From positions 29,804 through 93,803 of the IMG/VR virus record IMGVR_UViG_3300009008_002419: a stretch of 64,000 nt of DNA; one strand, given 5' to 3'. Below the pieces are notes generated by a model, which did not search any database, was not told the DNA's origin, and saw only the letters and a list, made by a program, of their open reading frames with translations. Position numbers and translations under genes: made by a program. Below, piece after piece: positions 55,697-64,000 of the stretch. Position 1 is the stretch's first letter; each line of letters begins with the position of its first letter. The DNA is from a virus.

Positions 55697-58600
55697 ATGA
55701 AGAAAATTAAGGTACCGGCAAAGACAGTACAAAATTTTGAAACCGTCTTTGATAATTTACATTCGGCTTGGGCGTTTAATTTAACGCGCAGAGAAGATCG
55801 TACCTATAAAAATTATGGCCTGCTTTTCTTAAATGAAAATGATACTCCAACATCTAATGATTGGAAGGTTGAAGTATTAACACCTTACACTCAAACTAAA
55901 TTTAGAACGCGTGTTGGTACAAGCGGTAAAGCTTTGGGTTTACTGTCTTCTGGAGAAATTGTTGGAATCTCAGCTGATAAAGATGTCAATTTATCAAGTT
56001 ATCAAGCAAATAAATTTTATCTTGTTTATGTGATTTGGGATAGTGTTGGGACTGAACCTATTCAAACAGCAGATGGATTTATGTATAATCCTGATGGCTC
56101 GTCTAATACACAAAACACTGTATACTTAGATCGTACTACAATAACAGTAATTGAAAAGTCCACTTTATCAAGCGCTCTTTCAACAGCTAACGAATACATT
56201 AATGATTACACTGATCGTGTGCCGCTAGCTGTACTAAAAACAGAAGAGAGTTCTGTTGAGTGGGATATGGCAACAGACTGGGGTAATAGTACTTACACTC
56301 CTGCCAATGGTGTTATTGATCTTCGTGGATTAGCACAGCTTCAGCTAAATGAAAATTTACTTGATGATTCTGCTGTTGTTATGAAAGACAGAGACTCCAC
56401 AGCATCAAACGGTGGAGCAATTGAGGGTGATGTTGATGTTACAGGAACGTTAACAACCAACGATTCATTAGTTGTCAGTAATCTTACTACTTCCGAAGTT
56501 CTTACGCTTTCTGAAGAAGGTATTTCTCATGACAGTGTAACACTTAACCAACCACTTTCATTCACTTCTGTTGATGGTCCGATTCAGTTTCATTCGAAAG
56601 GAACCGAAAACGGGATTACATTAGATGGTGATAATGTAGCCATTAATGGTGAGCCGAGCACTTCTAGTTCAATGGTTCTTCAGGTATATGGTGGTGGATT
56701 ATATGTGCACGAAGATATGTTGTGGGTTAACGACTTTGCTAAGTTTGATACTGATGAGCAAAAAGCTGTAATAGGCAGTGAGACTGTTCATGATGACTAT
56801 AAACTTTATCTTGATGGTACTACAGGAATTAGTGGTGATACCACAATCTCTGGTGAACTCACACTAGCTGACACTCTTATACTCCCAGTTGATGATTACA
56901 TTACATTTGGTGGTTGGACAACTGGACCTTCAATTGCAGGAAGTACTGCCGGAACCTCTCTTAGTTTTTATGTGCAGGGTGGAATCGCTGAAATGCATAT
57001 CATTGAGTCAGGTGTAAATATCCCATATAACAGTAACCTTATGCTGGATGGTAAAGTCAGAGATGGCGATAGTGAAATTCTACTCCAAACCAAATCTAAT
57101 GCTCAAGCTGAGCTCACTGAAATTGTAATTGGAGATTCCTTAAACTCTACACACACTAACTTTGAAGGAACTTCAGTTGGTGTAAACACTCGTGCTCACT
57201 TAATGAGTGGAATGAATTTTGCAGTCTATGGAGATTCTCGTTTTGACGATATCTACATGACTCAGCGAAAAGCAATTAAGTGGGAACAAACAACTAATAA
57301 TAAAGCTGCCCTGGCGTATCCACGTGATACTGGGGGAGATTTCTTACTAAGCTTAAACTTAGACTACGATGCTAATGGAATTTCAAGTGTAGCAAATTCT
57401 GATAAAGAAGCACTTGCAATTAGTTTAGCAAATATTACGCATTCAGGTTCAGCAATTGATTTCTATGTAACTGATCCTGCAAATGGTTCCGATTTCTTTG
57501 CTAGTCGTGATAAACGAGCATCAATTACAAATGATCGAATGACCTTAACAGGTGATTTGTACATCGGTGACTACTACATTAAACCTAGCACCGGGGAGTC
57601 TCGCTTAGGAACAGTTACGTTCGAAGAGATTATTCAGACAGATGGCGGAGCTTCATTTGAGAGTATAACTACAACCACTCTTGATGTATCCCGCACACTA
57701 ACATTGCCAGGAACAGGTTCATACATTAGTGAATCTGGTTATATGAACTTCCTGTATCCTGACCATTACTTGCCTTCAGGTACTGTAAATATTGGGTTTG
57801 AGGGCAGTGACCCAGCACTTGTTCTATGGCAAAAAGAGTATGATGCTCCAACAAGCATTGAGTTTAAAAACTTTAATAGACTTACTGATTGGGTTATTCG
57901 TAAAGAAGGCGATGTAGATAATCGTTTAACAGTACAACATCGTGTTGATGGTGAATTAAAACGAGCTGTTACAATGTTCGACAGTAATGGGATTGCTAAT
58001 CTTTCAACTGGACAACTAAATTGTACTACACTCTCGTTAGCAAACATTGAAGTAACTAGTAGTGGTCTGGAATTAGACGATCTTTATACTGGACGACTAA
58101 TTAGTACAGCAGGTTCTTATGAATTAAACGCAAGTGGTATTTATGGAGACATACTATCCACTACTAACGGAATGTTCTCTGCGAATCGGGCTGGAACAAT
58201 AAGCCTTGGTACCACAGGATTAAATGCAGCTGTAAATGTTAACGGTGCCTTAAGTATTGTAGGTACACTTGAGCTCGATTCAGCAAACGCAGCAACTATT
58301 AAGGGTGTTACTAATGAAGAATTCTTAGTAGGCGTAGGATCCTTGGGAGTAAGTGGTGAGGGTGTTCCAGTAATGCTCGATTATAACACACCTACTGTCC
58401 CAAATAACTTACGCATCTATGACATGGTTCCTGTGCCCGGCATTCCTAATCAAATGAGCCCTTTCTATACTACAATTAAATGGGGCTTTGAAAGTTTAAC
58501 TTCAGCAGTCTATGGAGATGCTGCTAATAACCAAATTTATACTTCATTAGCAGGGCTGGATTTAACTGGCGATGAAATCTTACTTTCGGGAGCATTAACA

Positions 58601-60019
58601 AATCGTTATTACACAAGTTCAAACACTAGCTTTGGACAATATCTAATCGAGTCAGTAGCAGTTAGCGGTTTATATGCTGTCTTAACATTAGACAGTAGCT
58701 GGACAGCTGATAAAATCGGAGACGGTCATATCATGATTGTTGAAGATGCTAACTACATGGAATTTGAAGTCACTGAGTGGGCACCAAATGTAAGTGACCC
58801 AGACGGTGAGGACATACTATTAAGTGTGTCGAATAAAAAAGTAGGCTCAGACTCTAATGTTACCTCTTTACAGACATGGCCCTACCACAAGTATAAAGTC
58901 CGTGCACGAAGTCAAAAAGCTTCTGCAAACTCTTCATGGGCATTAATGCCTGCAGGAACATATGACCCTGATCATGTAGGCGGCGGTCAAGCAGAAGTTT
59001 CTTATGGTACACCGTTCGAAGCCTTACTGCCAAACCTAACAAACACAGATGCAACTCTAACAGTCGCTTCAACAGACTATGGATTTGTGGCTGATGCAGG
59101 AAGTAGTTGGAAAGGAAGTGATGACCCAGAGCAAAATTGTCATCAGTATCACTTTGCATACACAACTTCTGTTAGCGGCCTAAACTTTGATGATATTTCA
59201 TCTACACACTCACATGTTTATCAAACCTCTCCTTACTTAAATGTGTCTACATCCGAATCCAATACCTATACGGTCGGTGTTCGACCAATGCAAAATGGAA
59301 TGCCCGTAGGTGATGGAATTACTAGTACTGTTACTTCTGGAGCTGGTGGAATGCCGCCGACGGCACAAGTAATTGCAGAACGTGATTTTGACATCATTGC
59401 TGCTGAGGGCGATGTAACTACAGTAAGTGGAGTTGTAAGTGATATTGCCTTCACACATGAAGAGCACGATCCCATTTATAACTTCTTTAAAGACCAGGTT
59501 ATTTCAGACGGTACTTATAATTACCTAGTTAACAAGGATAATCCTGATCTTGATGGAGACGCGACTGGAGCAACACGTGATATTACTACATCCGATAGTG
59601 CTGATGGAGGTACTGGGCTAGTCGCTCTCGATGAAGTGACAATTGGGCAAAGTAAACGTGCTAGAAGAATTATACGAAAAGCTCTAACAAAAGATGTAAT
59701 GATTACATCTGTTAGTGTGTCTGTGAACTCTCTGCATTCAGACTCTGATTATAGTATTGATCTAGCAGCAAACCCAGTTGTAATTCGAGTGTACCAGGAA
59801 GGTAATGAAAATGCTGCTGATAGTATAACAATATCATCAGAGTTTACAGACACAGTACAAACGATGAATGTACGAATTATCTCGTCTGTAGGAGCATCTC
59901 GAGTACTTATTGTTGATGCTTATGATCCAAACGATAATAATAATGTTACAAGCATTAGTGGCTCTATTAGTGTTCATGGGGAAGCAATCACTGTCCCAGG
60001 AGACGTCCCGTCTAACTAA
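55697..60019 (+). CDS. Long tail fibre-like protein with C-terminal FN3/Ig-like domains
   Basis: VIDLR collar motif; beta-fibre repeats; YKVRARS...SSW and YTVGVRP FN3-like strands. Confidence 0.65.
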   Translation: MKKIKVPAKTVQNFETVFDNLHSAWAFNLTRREDRTYKNYGLLFLNENDTPTSNDWKVEVLTPYTQTKFRTRVGTSGKALGLLSSGEIVGISADKDVNLSSYQANKFYLVYVIWDSVGTEPIQTADGFMYNPDGSSNTQNTVYLDRTTITVIEKSTLSSALSTANEYINDYTDRVPLAVLKTEESSVEWDMATDWGNSTYTPANGVIDLRGLAQLQLNENLLDDSAVVMKDRDSTASNGGAIEGDVDVTGTLTTNDSLVVSNLTTSEVLTLSEEGISHDSVTLNQPLSFTSVDGPIQFHSKGTENGITLDGDNVAINGEPSTSSSMVLQVYGGGLYVHEDMLWVNDFAKFDTDEQKAVIGSETVHDDYKLYLDGTTGISGDTTISGELTLADTLILPVDDYITFGGWTTGPSIAGSTAGTSLSFYVQGGIAEMHIIESGVNIPYNSNLMLDGKVRDGDSEILLQTKSNAQAELTEIVIGDSLNSTHTNFEGTSVGVNTRAHLMSGMNFAVYGDSRFDDIYMTQRKAIKWEQTTNNKAALAYPRDTGGDFLLSLNLDYDANGISSVANSDKEALAISLANITHSGSAIDFYVTDPANGSDFFASRDKRASITNDRMTLTGDLYIGDYYIKPSTGESRLGTVTFEEIIQTDGGASFESITTTTLDVSRTLTLPGTGSYISESGYMNFLYPDHYLPSGTVNIGFEGSDPALVLWQKEYDAPTSIEFKNFNRLTDWVIRKEGDVDNRLTVQHRVDGELKRAVTMFDSNGIANLSTGQLNCTTLSLANIEVTSSGLELDDLYTGRLISTAGSYELNASGIYGDILSTTNGMFSANRAGTISLGTTGLNAAVNVNGALSIVGTLELDSANAATIKGVTNEEFLVGVGSLGVSGEGVPVMLDYNTPTVPNNLRIYDMVPVPGIPNQMSPFYTTIKWGFESLTSAVYGDAANNQIYTSLAGLDLTGDEILLSGALTNRYYTSSNTSFGQYLIESVAVSGLYAVLTLDSSWTADKIGDGHIMIVEDANYMEFEVTEWAPNVSDPDGEDILLSVSNKKVGSDSNVTSLQTWPYHKYKVRARSQKASANSSWALMPAGTYDPDHVGGGQAEVSYGTPFEALLPNLTNTDATLTVASTDYGFVADAGSSWKGSDDPEQNCHQYHFAYTTSVSGLNFDDISSTHSHVYQTSPYLNVSTSESNTYTVGVRPMQNGMPVGDGITSTVTSGAGGMPPTAQVIAERDFDIIAAEGDVTTVSGVVSDIAFTHEEHDPIYNFFKDQVISDGTYNYLVNKDNPDLDGDATGATRDITTSDSADGGTGLVALDEVTIGQSKRARRIIRKALTKDVMITSVSVSVNSLHSDSDYSIDLAANPVVIRVYQEGNENAADSITISSEFTDTVQTMNVRIISSVGASRVLIVDAYDPNDNNNVTSISGSISVHGEAITVPGDVPSN

Positions 60020-60046
60020 TGGGGGGATTTACAAAAGGCAAACTAA

Positions 60047-61630
60047 ATGGCTGACTATGAAGGACGTATAGAAACTGCGACGGGAGTGCCAATTCATGGT
60101 GCTCTCGTCAAAGCATTTGAGGATACAACCGATACACTGTTATCAACTGATGTAACAGATGAATTGGGTAAGTATGCCCTTACTAATCTAGAGCCCAGTG
60201 AAGGTGGAGTAGAAACTTTCAAAGTAAACATTAAGTTTTTTGGGAGTGACACATGGGTATTTAATCCCTATATAGCTCAGTATGAGCCTTACTTTGATTT
60301 TTCAATAGACATACCTATTGATATGACAACGGTTCTAGGGGATTCAATTGATTATCAAGTATCTGAAGTTAATCTGGACGGCGATGCGGGGTTTCATAAT
60401 CCTTCGTTTGCTCAAAACACTCTTACTAACTTTGATGTTATTGATGGTAATGTACGATATGTAAGTTTTTATTATCGTGAGCACGATACAGGTGGTTATG
60501 ATACTGATTGGGACTCCACAAACTCATGGTATACTTTAGGAACTGTGAATGTCGAGTTAGGTGAAGATGATGATGATACTATTATACAGGAAACCTTTGC
60601 TAACATTCCAGTAGATCAGTGGGAGAATAAATACTATGAGTTTCGTGTAAAATGTACAAACTCTCAAGGAAATCTTGCTACATTTAATTCGCCCATTGAT
60701 GGAACAGTAGTAGGAACAGTTATTGTAGAAAGTGGAATTGGTTTCTTTACATCAACATCTCCTACTGCCTTTACTAATGTAACTGCAGATGGTTATTCTC
60801 TAGACTTTTACAATGATTCAAGTACTTTGATTTGTTCACGACCTATTGGAAAAGTTGATGATGATACTATTGCTTTTGATGCAGGAAATGATTATATTTC
60901 AGAAGCGACCTTTGAAACAATTACTAGTATAACTAAAGATGACGCACATAATTATATTTATGATGTGGGTGCAACACTCTCTGGCCAAGCTTTTAATGGA
61001 ATAGCAGACTTTTCTGAAATAGCTATGGCTACAAATCTTCAAATGATTATCGAAAAAGATTGGGTTCATACTCCTGAAAGTGATGATGAAATTCCAGGAA
61101 CAACTGTTCGCTTACGTTGGCATAATATGTACGATAAAGATGTTGTTGATCTTACAAATTGGCCTCACATGGATGGGCAATTAAGAGATTTAACTGCTTC
61201 ACTATTACGGCGAATTGAAACATATAAAGTGTTTATGTATATTTCAGACTCAACCCCAGGTGATGATGATTCCCCAACTAATCATGATTGGACTGGTATT
61301 AATTCAGAATTTACCGAAGATTTTCCTGCTCCATTTTATTTGTCTACAGGAGAAGATGAAGGTGGAAATGGAGATGGTACAGATTCAATGGGTCAGTGGT
61401 ATCTGATTGATGAATTACGCGCTTCTCGTATAAAAGGGGTTGAAGGAACAGCCACTGAATACATTACATCAAATATCAATGTTCCTGGTGGAACCTATGT
61501 TGCATTTTGGGTCGGCTTCTGTTCAGATCTTACAACTTCTCAAGCTGATGGCGCGCCCTTAGGCGAGGGCCGTCCTGGGGATAGACCTGGAGGAGGTTGG
61601 GATCCTTATGAACAAGGAAATGATCCGTAA
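60047..61630 (+). CDS. Acidic virion protein with N-terminal transthyretin/carboxypeptidase-regulatory-like domain
   Basis: GRIETATGVPIHGALV...TDELGKYALTNL; YEFRVKC. Confidence 0.55.
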   Translation: MADYEGRIETATGVPIHGALVKAFEDTTDTLLSTDVTDELGKYALTNLEPSEGGVETFKVNIKFFGSDTWVFNPYIAQYEPYFDFSIDIPIDMTTVLGDSIDYQVSEVNLDGDAGFHNPSFAQNTLTNFDVIDGNVRYVSFYYREHDTGGYDTDWDSTNSWYTLGTVNVELGEDDDDTIIQETFANIPVDQWENKYYEFRVKCTNSQGNLATFNSPIDGTVVGTVIVESGIGFFTSTSPTAFTNVTADGYSLDFYNDSSTLICSRPIGKVDDDTIAFDAGNDYISEATFETITSITKDDAHNYIYDVGATLSGQAFNGIADFSEIAMATNLQMIIEKDWVHTPESDDEIPGTTVRLRWHNMYDKDVVDLTNWPHMDGQLRDLTASLLRRIETYKVFMYISDSTPGDDDSPTNHDWTGINSEFTEDFPAPFYLSTGEDEGGNGDGTDSMGQWYLIDELRASRIKGVEGTATEYITSNINVPGGTYVAFWVGFCSDLTTSQADGAPLGEGRPGDRPGGGWDPYEQGNDP

Positions 61631-61929
61631 TGGCTACATATCGAGCATCCTATGTTTATAACTATCTTGGCAAAGATTATGTTGGGTATAAATGGTTTGA
61701 CACTTATGCCGAAGCAAGATTTTTTCTTAAAAAAACTGCTTTAACCCCAGCAGGGAATCCTTCACGTAAACAACGTATTGATCAAATTGGAGATATTACT
61801 CCTCCCGAACCAACCTTTGATTGGTTACCTTTCCAATGGTTAGTAGATACTTATCAACAAGCATTGTATGAAGAAGAAGCATTATCATACTTTATGGCAA
61901 TAAACCACTATGAAATAGAAGAGTGCTAA
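61630..61929 (+). CDS. Hypothetical protein
   Basis: 99-aa ORF abutting both neighbours. Confidence 0.6.
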   Translation: MATYRASYVYNYLGKDYVGYKWFDTYAEARFFLKKTALTPAGNPSRKQRIDQIGDITPPEPTFDWLPFQWLVDTYQQALYEEEALSYFMAINHYEIEEC

Positions 61930-62256
61930 ATGGCTAATACATACAAAAACGCATTTGCAGATTTAACTACAACAAATGTTACCACCGTCTACACGACACC
62001 CGCTGCTACTACAGCAATTATACAAGCTATTAATTTAGCAAATGTAGCAGCAAATGCAGTTGATATATCAGTATTAATTTATGATGATAGTTCAGCAACT
62101 GATTTTACATTGTTAAATGAAGGTGAAGTTCCAGGTGATAGTACATTACAAGCTGTAGATAGACCTATTGTTTTAGAAACAGGAGACATACTAAAATTAC
62201 AAGCTTCAGTTGCAGACCGTATTGAAGTGATTGTATCTATTTTAGAGGTTACTTAA
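61930..62256 (+). CDS. Small beta-sandwich virion protein
   Basis: TTVYTTPAATTAII...LAN...IVLETGDIL pattern common in phage structural modules. Confidence 0.7.
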   Translation: MANTYKNAFADLTTTNVTTVYTTPAATTAIIQAINLANVAANAVDISVLIYDDSSATDFTLLNEGEVPGDSTLQAVDRPIVLETGDILKLQASVADRIEVIVSILEVT

Positions 62257-63143
62257 TGACAAATGTTGGATACTTTCCTCTTATAAAAGTAGCTAATGAC
62301 CGAGATTTGCAAGACCAAGCAGAGCAGCAATTTTCTGATATTATTTGGTCTGAGTCAATGGTGTTTGAATCTTTTGAGGAAACTGAAAATTTAACTTTTA
62401 ACTATGGTCAATATTTTCGTGTCCGTCCTGGTATGGGCATGGAAGTATTGATGACCCAATTTATGTTAAATGAAGGTGGTGAGGGTTTAAGCTTAACTGT
62501 TGAAACTACAACAGCCTATGAAAATTTAGTGCCAACACCACGAAGCATCCTAGATCCACAAGCATTCCCAGCAAACGATGTTTATGATAATCCCACCATT
62601 TCAGGAACATATGATGGAGACTATCCCGAAGACATTAAAATAATGATTTCAGAAGATGGTGGTGGAGACTATTCCATAGCTACGTATGAAGTTTATTTAA
62701 TGCCAGACATTACTACACCCGTCATGTCCGGCCTTTCTGTAGACACTTGGGAAACGCTAACTTCAGTTTCAGGCTTAGAAAATATTCAAGTGATGTGGGA
62801 ATCTGATCCAGGCACAGACTTTGGTGCTGGTGATGCCTGGCTAGTTGGATGTAGAACAGGCAATATTAGAAGTTTTTTAACTAATTTTGATTACACTGCA
62901 GATGCTAATTCTTATATAACTTTAGATGTTAGTGTTGACGGTGGGTCAACGTACATTGAAGATATTTTAAATCAACAACAATACATTGAAGAAGATGCTG
63001 GGTATGGTTGGTTATCAGACCAATCGGGAAATGATCTTGATTGGAAAGTTACCATTTCAGGAAACTCCTCTGCTGAATATGTACTATTAGAACACTTATT
63101 TATATTTACTGGCGACTATGACGCAATTACATACTGGATTTAA
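62256..63143 (+). CDS. Acidic virion structural protein
   Basis: 295 aa, beta-rich, SVDGGSTY Asp-box. Confidence 0.6.
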   Translation: MTNVGYFPLIKVANDRDLQDQAEQQFSDIIWSESMVFESFEETENLTFNYGQYFRVRPGMGMEVLMTQFMLNEGGEGLSLTVETTTAYENLVPTPRSILDPQAFPANDVYDNPTISGTYDGDYPEDIKIMISEDGGGDYSIATYEVYLMPDITTPVMSGLSVDTWETLTSVSGLENIQVMWESDPGTDFGAGDAWLVGCRTGNIRSFLTNFDYTADANSYITLDVSVDGGSTYIEDILNQQQYIEEDAGYGWLSDQSGNDLDWKVTISGNSSAEYVLLEHLFIFTGDYDAITYWI

Positions 63144-63146
63144 TAA

Positions 63147-64000
<854 letters not shown>

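Overview
A 64-kb, AT-rich segment of a large (probably jumbo) myovirus-like phage genome, split at a divergent promoter region (~34471-34617). The minus-strand arm (555-34470) holds replication, recombination and nucleotide-metabolism genes: family A DNA polymerase, RpoD-like sigma factor, intein-containing class II RNR, dUTPase, RecU, AEP primase-helicase, Sak4/SSB/exonuclease, GMP reductase, peptide deformylase, a degenerate CCA/HD enzyme and a DExH helicase split by a group I intron with a LAGLIDADG gene. It also holds a ~10-kb sugar-biosynthesis/glycosyltransferase cluster and a compact ubiquitin-like module (754-aa protein, Ubl ending GG, JAB peptidase, ThiF/E1). The plus-strand arm (34618-64000) holds tail chaperones with a likely -1 frameshift, tape measure, baseplate genes, a second sigma factor, a giant baseplate protein with a GH32-like propeller, and acidic fibre proteins. 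Strongest novelty candidates: (1) a phage-encoded Ubl/JAB/E1 conjugation system with a possible cryptic E2; (2) a virion-glycosylation system, suggested by the GT cluster plus a recurrent T-x-S-G motif in structural proteins; (3) a CCA-ended, tRNA-like 103-nt ncRNA behind a phage-specific promoter-like motif. All calls are by-eye motif recognition; no searches were run.
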